Assembly: GCA_963836175.1 (NCBI GenBank)
Contig: CAWIIS010000008.1
Span: forward strand, 1,862 to 65,861
From: Nitrospirota bacterium
Lineage (GTDB): Bacteria > Nitrospirota > UBA9217
Direction of reading: 5' to 3'
DNA: 64,000 nucleotides
A model generated the notes under the pieces. The model saw only the letters and a list, made by a program, of their open reading frames with translations. It ran no database searches and was not told the DNA's origin. Shown here in pieces: positions 1-11,714 of the stretch. Every line of letters starts with the position of its first letter. Positions within the stretch are counted from its first letter, which is position 1. The position numbers and the translations under genes are program-made.

Positions 1-18
1 TCCCGCTCAGCTCCACCA
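1..18 (+). tRNA. 3' terminal fragment of a spacer tRNA, most likely tRNA-Ala (cut by window edge)
   Basis: Window opens with TCCCGCTCAGCTCCACCA, which reads as T-arm tail, 3' acceptor strand CAGCTCC, discriminator A and an encoded CCA. The T at acceptor position 70 would give the G3:U70 pair typical of tRNA-Ala. The position just upstream of 23S fits a 16S-23S spacer tRNA. Confidence 0.6.
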
Positions 19-25
19 AAAAATA

Positions 26-85
26 AATTCAAAATTTAAAATTCAGCATTCAACATTTTGAACATTGAATCTTGAATTTTGAATT
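26..85. repeat. AT-rich heptad-repeat hairpin in the tRNA-23S spacer
   Basis: Left arm (26-53) is AATTCAA AATTTAA AATTCAG CATTCAA. Right arm (58-85) TTGAACATTGAATCTTGAATTTTGAATT is its imperfect reverse complement. Confidence 0.6.
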
Positions 86-208
86 ACCGGTTTCAGACAC
101 GCAGTGATGCGTTTCTGACTGTTCTTTGACAACTGAATACGCAAGATACAAGAGAAGCTGAGGCAAATCAAGAAAGAAAACGCCGAATCTGCCAGAAGCA
201 GATTTGGT

Positions 209-3208
<3,000 letters not shown>

Positions 3209-3284
3209 CTAAATTTTCTGCTTCTGACAAATTCGGCTTTTTTAGTATACTTGCGTATTCAGTGTCAAACCTGTTTATAAGGTT

Positions 3285-3402
<118 letters not shown>

Positions 3403-3412
3403 ATATTTTTCG

Positions 3413-3446
3413 AGCCCATCATCACACGATGATGGGCTTTTTTTGT
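3413..3446 (+). terminator. Rho-independent terminator of the rRNA operon
   Basis: Hairpin AGCCCATCATC-acacg-GATGATGGGCT followed by TTTTTTT. Confidence 0.8.
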
Positions 3447-3717
3447 GCCCGGTCTTCCCTTCATAATGCGTTTTTTCCAGCCCAAAAGTTGCCTATCAGC
3501 AAATTTTTGTTTCGAAACAACTTCTACTAGCCACGAGCTTATGCTCCTGACGGCAATCCGGAGAGGCTGCTATGTCCTCGAAGATTTCGTCGGAGCGTGC
3601 GGACGTTCTAAATAAGCCTTGCCTTATTGTTCGTTAGCACCTATGATTGCAGATGAAGATCAAGTAGTACTAAACGCATGGCGACAGGAAGCAGCATTTT
3701 TTAGATGGAGGTGTTGC

Positions 3718-4692
3718 ATGTCAGCAAAAAACAATGATTCCGCCATTTTTAACCCCGCTGGCACTGCGGAAAGCATCACCGAGGTCCGGCGCCAGGAGAC
3801 CTTGCTTAAAACAGGGGCCTTGCAGAGCGCGATTTTCAACAGCGCCAACTTTTCGAGTATTGCTACCGACGCGAAGGGCGTCATCCAGATCTTCAACGTC
3901 GGCGCCGAGCGGATGCTGGGCTACACGGCCGCCGAAGTGATGAACAAGATCACCCCGGCCGACATCTCCGATCCGCAGGAAGTGATCGCGCGCGCCAAAG
4001 CGCTCAGCGTCGAGCTTGAAACCCCGATTACACCGGGCTTCGAGGCATTGGTGTTCAAGGCCTCGCGCGGCATCGAGGATATTTACGAGCTGACCTACAT
4101 TCGGAAAGACGGCAGCCGCTTCCCGGCAGTCGTATCCGTCACGGCGCTGCGCGATGCGCAGGACGCCATCATCGGCTATCTGCTGATCGGCACCGACAAC
4201 ACCGCTCGAAAGCAGGCGGAAGAGGCGCTGCTCAAGGCGGGGGCGTTGCAGAGCGCGATTTTCAACAGTGCCAACTTTTCGAGCATCGCCACCGACGCGA
4301 AGGGCGTCATCCAGATCTTCAACGTCGGCGCCGAGCGGATGCTGGGCTACACGGCCGCCGAAGTGATGAACAAGATCACCCCGGCCGACATCTCCGATCC
4401 GCAGGAAGTGATCGCGCGCGCCAAAGCGCTCAGCGTCGAGCTTGAAACTCAGATTACACCGGGCTTCGAGGCATTGGTGTTCAAGGCCTCGCGCGGCATC
4501 GAGGATATTTACGAGCTGACCTATATCCGTAAAGACGGCAGCCGCTTTCCCGGCGGTCGTATCGGTCACGGCGTTGCGCGATGCGCAGGACGCCATCATC
4601 GGCTATCTGCTGATCGGCACCGACAACACCGCTCGCAAGCAGATCGAGGCAGAGAAGCAGCATTTGCTCGATATTCAGGAGGAGACGAATAA
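3718..4692 (+). pseudogene. N-terminal PAS-PAS part of a hybrid sensor histidine kinase, cut off by a +1 frameshift near 4546
   Basis: GGAGGTG RBS lies before the ATG at 3718. Two 142-aa PAS units are about 96 percent identical at DNA level. The second copy carries CGCTTTCCC where the first has CGCTTCCC. Removing one T continues the frame into ORF 4574. Confidence 0.7.
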
Positions 4693-7222
4693 ACAGCTGC
4701 AGCGGACCAACTTCATATTGCAGGTCAGCGAGGAAAGGCTCGCGGTTACGCTCAACTCCATCGGCGATGCAGTGATAGCCACCGATGCCGAAGGGCGGGT
4801 GACGCTCCTGAATCCCCTTGCCGAAAAGCTTACCGGATGGACGCGGGCGGAGGCCTCCGGCCGCCCGGTGGGAGATATTTTCCACATCATCAACAAAGAA
4901 ACCCGTCAACCCGCCGCTATCCCGGTAATGGAAACCCTCGCGCATGGCACGATACAGGGCCTGGCCAACCACACGGTACTGATTGCACGGGGCGGCAGCG
5001 AGTGCGATATCGCCGACAGTTGCGCGCCGATTCGCGACCGCGACGGTCAGGTGATCGGCGCCGTGCTGGTGTTCCGCGATGTCACCGGGGAATATGCGGT
5101 GCAGCAGGCCTTGCGCGACAGTGCCCAGGTGCTGCAGGAAAAGAACGTCGAGCTGGAGAGCGCCAGGTCGTTGGCGGAAAAAGCCAACCTCGCGAAATCG
5201 GAATTCCTTTCCAGCATGAGCCATGAGTTGCGCTCCCCGCTCAATGCGATCCTCGGTTTCGCCCAATTAATGGAAACGGGTTCGCCGCTGCCGACGCCAG
5301 GACAAAAGGCCAGTATCGACCAGATTCTCAAGGCGGGATGGTATCTGCTGGAGCTGATCAACGAGATTCTCGATCTCGCGCTGATCGAGTCGGGCAAGCT
5401 GTCGCTGTCGCTGGAACCCATGTCGCTGGTCGACGTCATGCTCGAATGCCAGGCCATGATCGAACCACAGGCGCAAAAAAGCGGCATCCGCATGAGTTTT
5501 CCCCGGTTCGAAGCCCCTTACTTTGTTCATGCCGACCGAACCCGGGTGAAGCAGGTTCTGATCAACCTGCTTTCCAACGCGATCAAATACAACCGCGCGC
5601 AGGGAGCGGTCGAAGTGACGTGCAGCGCGAGCACCGCGCAGCGCATACGCATCAGCGTGCAGGATACCGGTGAAGGATTGTCTCCCGAAAAACTCGCGCA
5701 ACTTTTCCAGCCGTTCAATCGTCTCGGACAAGAGGCCGGCGCCGAGGAAGGCACCGGCATCGGCCTGGTGGTGAGCAAGCGGCTGGTCGAATTGATGGGT
5801 GGCGAAATCGGCGTGGAAAGCACGGTCGGGAAGGGCAGCGTGTTCTGGATCGAACTGAATGTGGCGGCTGAACCGCAATCTGCCATCGGCGCAGCCGAAT
5901 CGCTTGCGCCGATTCAAACGCATGTTCAGCATGGCGCAACGCTGCGCACCCTGCTGTATGTAGAAGACAACCGGGCAAACATGCAGCTGGTCGAGCAACT
6001 CATCGCGCGTCGTCCCGATATGCGCTTGTTGAGCGCGGGGGACGGCACGCAGGGCATCGCGCTGGCGCGCACCCATCAGCCGGAGGTGATCCTGATGGAC
6101 ATCAATCTGCCCGGCATCAGCGGCATCCAGGCGCTGAAAATCCTGCGTGAAGATCCGGCAACGGCGCACATCCCGGTGCTTGCCATCAGCGCCAATGCCA
6201 TGCCGCACGATATCAAGAAAGGCCTGGATGCGGGATTCTTCCGCTATCTCACCAAGCCGATCAAGGTCAACGAGTTCATGGATGCGCTGGACATGGCGCT
6301 GGAATTTGCGGAAAAAGAATCAAGCAAAACGAAAGAGCACGGGACCTCTGTGATGGTGAATGCAGCCGATATTCTTAATGCCGACATTCTGATCGTAGAC
6401 GATCAGGAAGCCAATGTGCGGCTGCTCGAGCAAATGCTGCGCAGTGCCGGCTATACGCGCATTACCTCGACGATGGATCCGCATGCGGTCTGCGCCCTGC
6501 ATCGCGATAACCACTACGACCTGATCCTGCTCGATCTGCAGATGCCCGGCATGGATGGATTCCAGGTGATGGAAGGACTGAAGGAGATCGAAACGGACAG
6601 CTACGTTCCGGTCCTCGTGATCACCGCCCAACCGGGCCACAAACTGCGGGCGCTGGAAGCCGGCGCGAAGGATTTCATCAGCAAACCCTTTGATCTGGTC
6701 GAAGTAAAGACACGTATCCACAACATGCTGGAAGTGCGGCTGCTTGTACAAAAAAATCGAGAATTACAGCAAGGGGCTGGAACAGACGGTGCAGGAACGG
6801 ACTCGAGAGCTGCAGAGGGCGAACGAACAGCTCACGCAGGAAATAGAGGAACACCAAAGGACGGAAGAGTCGCTCCGGACCGCCTATGCGGAAAACAAAC
6901 AGTTGAAGGACCGGTTCCAGGCCGAGAACATCTACCTTCACAACGATATCGACAGGGAGTTCAACTTCGGCGAGATCATCGGACGAAGCAATGCTCTCGA
7001 ATATGTGTTTTTCAAGGTCGAACAGGTGGCGCCCCAGGACGCGACCGTTCTCCTTCTCGGCGAGACCGGCACGGGCAAGGGAGTTGTAGCGCGCTCCATT
7101 CACGGCAAGAGCAGCCGCAAGGACCGGCCCATGATAACGGTCAACTGCGCGGCGCTTCCGGCGAACCTCATCGAAAGCGAGCTTTTCGGGCGGGAAAAGG
7201 GCGCGTTCACCGGCTCTCATGA
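4574..7222 (+). CDS. Hybrid sensor histidine kinase body (PAS, HisKA, HATPase_c, REC, REC); codons after about 6745 are out-of-frame read-through
   Basis: H-box FLSSMSHELRSPLNAILGF. G-boxes QDTGEGL and GTGIGL. Receivers at LLYVEDN...LMDINLPGISG...TKPI and ILIVDDQ...LLDLQMPGMDG...SKPF. After MLEVRLL the translation turns into low-complexity R/G/A junk, while the +1 frame (ORF 6744) is protein-like. Confidence 0.75.
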   Translation: MRDAQDAIIGYLLIGTDNTARKQIEAEKQHLLDIQEETNKQLQRTNFILQVSEERLAVTLNSIGDAVIATDAEGRVTLLNPLAEKLTGWTRAEASGRPVGDIFHIINKETRQPAAIPVMETLAHGTIQGLANHTVLIARGGSECDIADSCAPIRDRDGQVIGAVLVFRDVTGEYAVQQALRDSAQVLQEKNVELESARSLAEKANLAKSEFLSSMSHELRSPLNAILGFAQLMETGSPLPTPGQKASIDQILKAGWYLLELINEILDLALIESGKLSLSLEPMSLVDVMLECQAMIEPQAQKSGIRMSFPRFEAPYFVHADRTRVKQVLINLLSNAIKYNRAQGAVEVTCSASTAQRIRISVQDTGEGLSPEKLAQLFQPFNRLGQEAGAEEGTGIGLVVSKRLVELMGGEIGVESTVGKGSVFWIELNVAAEPQSAIGAAESLAPIQTHVQHGATLRTLLYVEDNRANMQLVEQLIARRPDMRLLSAGDGTQGIALARTHQPEVILMDINLPGISGIQALKILREDPATAHIPVLAISANAMPHDIKKGLDAGFFRYLTKPIKVNEFMDALDMALEFAEKESSKTKEHGTSVMVNAADILNADILIVDDQEANVRLLEQMLRSAGYTRITSTMDPHAVCALHRDNHYDLILLDLQMPGMDGFQVMEGLKEIETDSYVPVLVITAQPGHKLRALEAGAKDFISKPFDLVEVKTRIHNMLEVRLLVQKNRELQQGAGTDGAGTDSRAAEGERTAHAGNRGTPKDGRVAPDRLCGKQTVEGPVPGREHLPSQRYRQGVQLRRDHRTKQCSRICVFQGRTGGAPGRDRSPSRRDRHGQGSCSALHSRQEQPQGPAHDNGQLRGASGEPHRKRAFRAGKGRVHRLS

Positions 7223-7901
7223 CCGGCAGATAGGGCGCTTCGAACTGGCCGACAACAGCACCCTGTTCCTAGACGAAATCGGCGAGATGCCGATGGACCT
7301 TCAATCAAAGCTGCTCAGGGTCATCCAGGACGGCGAGTTCGAGCGGCTGGGCAGCCCAAAGACCATCAAGGTCGATGTGCGGATCATCGCGTCCACGAAC
7401 CGGAATCTGGAGGAAGAGATCCGGAAAGGCAGATTCCGCGAAGACCTGTTCTACCGGCTGAATGTTTTCCCCATCACGATCCCGCCTCTCCGGCAGCGCA
7501 AGGAGGACATCCCGCTTCTTGTCGATTATTTTGTCGCCAAATTCAACAAGAAAACAGGAAAGAAGATCGAGACCGTTTCGAAAGACACCCTCGGCGTCCT
7601 CCAGGAATACGACTGGCCGGGCAATGTGCGCGAGTTGGAGAGCATCATCGAGCGGGCGGTGATCACGAGCCAGGGGACCGGATTGCAGATACTGGACCGG
7701 TTTGTGAATTCCCTTAAGACCGGTGAACAGAAGGCGCAGGACTGCAAGGCCCTTGTCGATATCGAACGTGACCACATCCTCCAGGCGCTCGAGAAAACCG
7801 GGTGGAGGATCGAAGGGGAAAAAGGCGCAGCAGCGATGCTCGGTCTCAACCCCAGCACGCTTCGCGGCCGGATGAGAAAAGACGGCATTCGCCGTTTGTA
7901 A
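6744..7901 (+). CDS. Sigma-54-dependent AAA+ transcriptional activator module (coiled coil, AAA+, Fis-type HTH); probably the C-terminal part of the upstream gene
   Basis: Walker A GETGTGKG, GAFTG motif (EKGAFTGS), Walker B LFLDEIGE, R-finger region RFREDLFYRLNV, WPGNVRELE, and C-terminal HTH AAAMLGLNPSTLRGRM. There is no ATG or RBS at 6744; the track start is TTG. Confidence 0.8.
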   Translation: MYKKIENYSKGLEQTVQERTRELQRANEQLTQEIEEHQRTEESLRTAYAENKQLKDRFQAENIYLHNDIDREFNFGEIIGRSNALEYVFFKVEQVAPQDATVLLLGETGTGKGVVARSIHGKSSRKDRPMITVNCAALPANLIESELFGREKGAFTGSHDRQIGRFELADNSTLFLDEIGEMPMDLQSKLLRVIQDGEFERLGSPKTIKVDVRIIASTNRNLEEEIRKGRFREDLFYRLNVFPITIPPLRQRKEDIPLLVDYFVAKFNKKTGKKIETVSKDTLGVLQEYDWPGNVRELESIIERAVITSQGTGLQILDRFVNSLKTGEQKAQDCKALVDIERDHILQALEKTGWRIEGEKGAAAMLGLNPSTLRGRMRKDGIRRL

Positions 7902-8305
7902 AAAAGAGCCGCGCGGGAAAACGGAAGTGTCGAACTATTCACACCGAACGCAAAGGAAATACCGCATTACAATACAGCAAGCGATGCCTCAACTCCCTCC
8001 CCCTTGTTCTCTGCAATTTTAAAACGGTTACCGGTTCTCATGAACTTTTAAAACTGCCTGCGACCCGTCACATTTAACGTTTCTGTTTAATGCGGCGGCC
8101 AACCTTGACGGCCTTATCTTACCGTGCGCAGCACGTTCCGACTTAATTCAACGCAATCAATGCATTAGCTCTCGCTTTAACCAAATTATCCTCCGGCATG
8201 ATAATTGTAATACTCCTGACAGTACAACAGCGGCATATGACCATCTCGCTGAGGTCTGCGGTGAAAGATAGTGACTTTACACTGATTACAGGGAAGGGGC
8301 ATGAA

Positions 8306-8569
8306 ATGAAAACGCACGCTTTGCTCGGCTTCATCCTCATTGTGGTAGGGATCATGGCTTTTGCATACCAAGGCATAACCTACACGACCAGAGAGAATGT
8401 TGTTGATATCGGTCCATTGCATATGACGGCGGAGAGAAACAGAACGCTTCCGCTGCCGCCGGTCGTAGGCGCACTTGCGCTCGCAGGCGGTATTGTGGCG
8501 CTGTTCGCGGGAGGGAAAAAAGAACCGCGAAAAGAATCAAAAAGTCAATACCGGAGGTGGCTGCTATAA
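8306..8569 (+). CDS. Small two-TM membrane protein (DUF3185-like?)
   Basis: GGGAAGGGG RBS 7 nt before the ATG at 8306. Hydrophobic helices LLGFILIVVGIMAFAY and VVGALALAGGIVALFAG. Confidence 0.5.
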   Translation: MKTHALLGFILIVVGIMAFAYQGITYTTRENVVDIGPLHMTAERNRTLPLPPVVGALALAGGIVALFAGGKKEPRKESKSQYRRWLL

Positions 8570-8671
8570 AGGACAAGCGAAAAGCATACGAAGAAAGCTT
8601 GATACGCAGTTGCGCCTGTACCAAATAAATAATGAGCAAAAACTGTGATAAAGATTCCAAGCACAGGAGGT

Positions 8672-8830
8672 AACACACATGCGTAAGATCGATAAAAAGA
8701 GGCGGTCTTGCAGAAGCCAGGCTCACCAAAATCGGATACGGTGAGATGAGACCGGCGGAGTATGAACCGGTGCCTTCGCCCATATACTCAGAGGGGCGGC
8801 AAAGGCCAACCAGAGAGTGCTTTTGAAGTT
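8672..8830 (+). pseudogene. Degraded remnant of an OmpA-family C-terminal (peptidoglycan-binding) domain
   Basis: Translation gives GGLAEARLTKIGYGEMRPAEYEPVPSPIYSEG. After a frame change it gives AAKANQRVLLKLW, the GYGE...ANxRV tail of OmpA_C. No upstream domain is present and more than one frame is needed. Confidence 0.4.
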
Positions 8831-8893
8831 ATGGTGAAAGAAATATTCCACTGTGCAACGCCGGAATGACGTCAGACTAAAGGAGAAATTATC

Positions 8894-9073
8894 ATGAAAT
8901 CCAGTATGCAGGATACGGTGGCAGGCAGGTTTCACGAAGCAAAGGGCAAGTTTAAGGAAATTGCAGGAAGGTTCATGGACAATCCCAGGCTGGAAGTCGA
9001 AGGCAAAGTCGAAAATATAAACGGCAAAGTACAGGGAAAGATCGGGCAAATCGAGAAGGGCCTGGGATGGTAG
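8894..9073 (+). CDS. CsbD-family stress-response protein (59 aa, below the ORF-track cutoff)
   Basis: AAAGGAG RBS. Sequence is MKSSMQDTVAGRFHEAKGKFKEIAGRFMDNPRLEVEGKVENINGKVQGKIGQIEKGLGW, the typical CsbD G-K-x-K-E / EGKxxxxxGKxQ pattern. Confidence 0.75.
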   Translation: MKSSMQDTVAGRFHEAKGKFKEIAGRFMDNPRLEVEGKVENINGKVQGKIGQIEKGLGW

Positions 9074-9261
9074 TGGAAGCGCTAATCATTGTACTAATCG
9101 CGCTACATCCGGAGGAGTCGTCCATGATTGAAACCACCATTAAGATGACGGTGCAGCCCAAGGCGCGCATCTGTCCGGATCTGAAAAAAGACCTCAGCGC
9201 GTGGCGGCTGTTCTCTGTGAATAACGTTTGATGTTACGCTTGTCAGTCGAAGGGAGAGATC

Positions 9262-10209
9262 ATGCGGGAATGGGATCAGCAGGACGACAATGTGATGGTA
9301 TTAGATCGTGCGCCGGAAGAACCGGCGTCGGCATATGAGGAAAAGGCCGCAAGCGGGCGGGAGGATGCAGCCTTGCCGGCCGGTCCGGACGCGATCAGGT
9401 ATTACCTGAAAGATATCCGGAAAATCCCGCTCCTTACCTTCGAGCAGGAACAGGAACTTGCGAAAAAAATTGCGCTCGGTGACGAAAATGCGCGGGCGCA
9501 GATGATTGAAGCAAATCTGAGGCTCGTTATCGTTATCGGTAAGCGTTATATCAACAGGGGATTGTCTTTTTCGGACATCATCGAAGAGGGAAACCTCGGG
9601 CTGATGCGGGCGGTCGGAAAATTCCAGCACCAGCGCGGATTCAAGTTCAGCACGTATGCGTGGTGGTGGATCAGGCAATCCATTGAACGGGCGCTCATGA
9701 ACCAGGTGAGGCTCATCCGTCTGCCAGTCCACATTTCAGTGGTCGTCAATAAATATAAACGCACCGCAAGGAAAATAGAACAGCAGCTTGGGCGCGAACC
9801 GGACGCTCAGGAAATCGCCGGGGGGATGAAAATCAGTCTCCAGAAGGCGAGGGCTGTGTCCCAGCTCGTAAGGGACGTCTGTTCTCTCGATACGCGTATC
9901 AACGGTCAGGAAGGCGAGGCCCTTCAGGATGTGCTGAGCGACGACAATGCGCCTTCATCCGAAAATACGTGCGATGAAGGCTGCCGTCAAAAACATGTCA
10001 AGGAATGGGTTTCACAGCTGCCAGCGAAAGAGCGTAAAATTATTGAGATGAGATTTGGGTTGAACCGCGAAGATCCGCGTACGCTCGTGAATATCGGCAG
10101 GCAGATAGGACTGACGCGGGAGCGTGTCAGGCAGCTTGAGTACCAGGCGATAAAAAAACTCAAAAAACTGGTGGAGAACAGGAATGTTGCATTCAATGAC
10201 ATGGTATAG
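9262..10209 (+). CDS. Sigma-70 family sigma factor, RpoS/RpoD-like (group 1/2 type)
   Basis: Region 1.2 YLKDIRKIPLLT. Region 2 NLRLVIVIGKRY...EGNLGLMRAVGKFQHQRGFKFSTYAWWWIRQSI. Region 4 LVNIGRQIGLTRERVRQLEYQAIKKL. GAAGGGAGAG RBS. Confidence 0.85.
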   Translation: MREWDQQDDNVMVLDRAPEEPASAYEEKAASGREDAALPAGPDAIRYYLKDIRKIPLLTFEQEQELAKKIALGDENARAQMIEANLRLVIVIGKRYINRGLSFSDIIEEGNLGLMRAVGKFQHQRGFKFSTYAWWWIRQSIERALMNQVRLIRLPVHISVVVNKYKRTARKIEQQLGREPDAQEIAGGMKISLQKARAVSQLVRDVCSLDTRINGQEGEALQDVLSDDNAPSSENTCDEGCRQKHVKEWVSQLPAKERKIIEMRFGLNREDPRTLVNIGRQIGLTRERVRQLEYQAIKKLKKLVENRNVAFNDMV

Positions 10210-10822
10210 CACGCAAGTTCTTAATACTCCCTGCATGATAGGCAATCAGGGTTGCAGGGAAGGTAACGCACGAACAAAGGGTAATTCCAAAGCGAAAACC
10301 CCCGGCTACCCGCCGGGGAGATGGGGCTTAATCAAGCCCCCGGCTACGCCGGTGGTCATGATTAGTATCAAAATGTAGTTTATTGCATCACTCTGTCGTT
10401 TCTATGACAGGATGCGGCCGGCGATTTTAGAACTTTTTAACGAACACCACTGGCACCACCCACCCTGTGGAGCTAAAATAACAATAGAGGTATTTGAATT
10501 TACTGCGATTGTAATGGTGAGATGAACACGATAAACCGTTAATTTTCGGAGCCCTTTTTTCCACTGCAGCATCAGAAAAAAGGAAGGGAGGTGTGGATCC
10601 CGGGGAGCGGCTGAATACGATGATGAACGGGCTGGCATGACAGCAGCCAAACCGGTATCGGCAGGGTAGTGCTCAAAATTCCAGATCTGTCAAAAGTTAC
10701 AAAACAGAGGGTGACCTGAAATAATCGAGCAAAATGGGCAGGCGACGGTAGCCAACGACAAACGAGACAAACGAATCAGGCCGAAGCCACGAAATACAAG
10801 ACAACACAAAAGGAGATTCATC

Positions 10823-10960
10823 ATGAAAAAAGTATGGATATTAGTGGTAGTACTTCTATTTGTGTCATCACTTGTTCTTTCATCATGTTTTCCGGGTTTT
10901 CCTGGAGGACCGAAACCAGGGCACATACCTGGACCAAAGCACGTGCTTCCGCATCCGTAG
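10823..10960 (+). CDS. Small putative lipoprotein (45 aa)
   Basis: AAAGGAG RBS. MKKVWILVVVLLFVSSLVLSSC carries a lipobox (L-S-S-C) and is followed by a Pro/Gly-rich tail. Confidence 0.45.
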   Translation: MKKVWILVVVLLFVSSLVLSSCFPGFPGGPKPGHIPGPKHVLPHP

Positions 10961-11120
10961 CCTGAAGCGTATTGGATCCGGAATACCGTGTGGCGGCTTC
11001 GAATTGTTGTTGGCTATGAAGAAAAAACGAAAAGCATACGAAGAAAAGCTCGGGTTCGCATAGATTGCCGAACTGATGGACCACGGGGAACGGCTCTGCG
11101 CAAACCGGAAGGAGGGCCAA

Positions 11121-11270
11121 ATGTTGGGGACGATCGCAGTGATACTGATAGTTCTGTGGCTGTTGGGGCTGGTGAGCAGTTACACCATGGGTGGGTTCAT
11201 CCATATTTTGATCGTGTTGGCAATTGTTGTCGTATTGATAAGGATCATTCAAGGCAGAAAAATAATATAG
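11121..11270 (+). CDS. lmo0937-family small membrane protein
   Basis: GGAGGG RBS. MLGTIAVILIVLWLLGLVSSYTMGGFIHILIVLAIVVVLIRIIQGRKII matches the conserved ILIVLWLLG...IHxLLV...I pattern of this family. Confidence 0.65.
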   Translation: MLGTIAVILIVLWLLGLVSSYTMGGFIHILIVLAIVVVLIRIIQGRKII

Positions 11271-11451
11271 TCGATGGGGCGTAAGCGCGGGTGTGATGAG
11301 GTATACGGCGAGTTCGGCTGCATCGTGCAAAGATAACAAAAACTGGATGGACAATGGGTTGCAAACGTCTTGAAGCATTGAACGTGTTCGGGACCTGGAT
11401 ATTCCGGTTACTATTCGCGTGGATAAAATACGGTCACACAAGGAGATTCCA

Positions 11452-11610
11452 ATGAAGAAAATATGCACGAGCGTCATCGCAGCCCTGGTCATGAGTGGAC
11501 TGCTTATGGGGGTGTCAGGTTGTAAGAAGGGGCCGGCAGAGCGCGCGGGCGAGAAAGTCGATAAGACGATAGAAAAAGGCAAAGATAAGGTCGAAAATAT
11601 CGGCAAGTAA
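11452..11610 (+). CDS. Small lipoprotein with a Lys/Glu-rich tail
   Basis: AAGGAG RBS. Signal peptide MKKICTSVIAALVMSGLLMGVSGC has lipobox V-S-G-C. Confidence 0.55.
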   Translation: MKKICTSVIAALVMSGLLMGVSGCKKGPAERAGEKVDKTIEKGKDKVENIGK

Positions 11611-11714
11611 ATCCGTGAGGACGTCAGGGGCATAGTCCTGTCACGGCGTATGGTGTGCGGCTGGACAAACTGGTCCGGCCCACAGGGACGCAGTGAGAAA
11701 GCAACGAGGTCAAA

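Noticed and set aside
3619-3717. Upstream extension of the sensor kinase ORF (track start 3619)
   Set aside because: The extension is Cys/Trp/Arg-rich, with no RBS at 3619. The ATG at 3718 has a GGAGGTG Shine-Dalgarno 5 nt upstream.
3600-6750. Idea that the kinase region is a foreign (for example proteobacterial) segment or chimeric join next to the rRNA operon, because it looks GC-richer
   Set aside because: By eye its GC is similar to that of the nuo operon, and the low-GC patches are elsewhere. Without computed composition or read data I cannot support a chimera claim. The possibility is noted only inside the fusion finding.
6744-6760. Programmed ribosomal frameshift at the A7 run, or an independent TTG-initiated EBP gene
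   Set aside because: No downstream stimulatory structure or SD-like element is evident, and there is no RBS before TTG 6744. The many other homopolymer-associated frame breaks in the window make a simple indel more likely. This is kept as a caveat in the fusion finding.
10633-10647. Sigma-54-like match TGGCAT-GACAG-CAGC
   Set aside because: The -12 element is poor (CAGC instead of TTGC). It lies 175 nt from the nearest small ORF. It is not distinguishable from chance without a PWM scan.
10821-11633. 270-aa minus-strand ORF spanning the mini-gene region
   Set aside because: It has no recognisable motifs or RBS. It overlaps three plus-strand miniproteins that have good RBSs, lipoboxes or family signatures.
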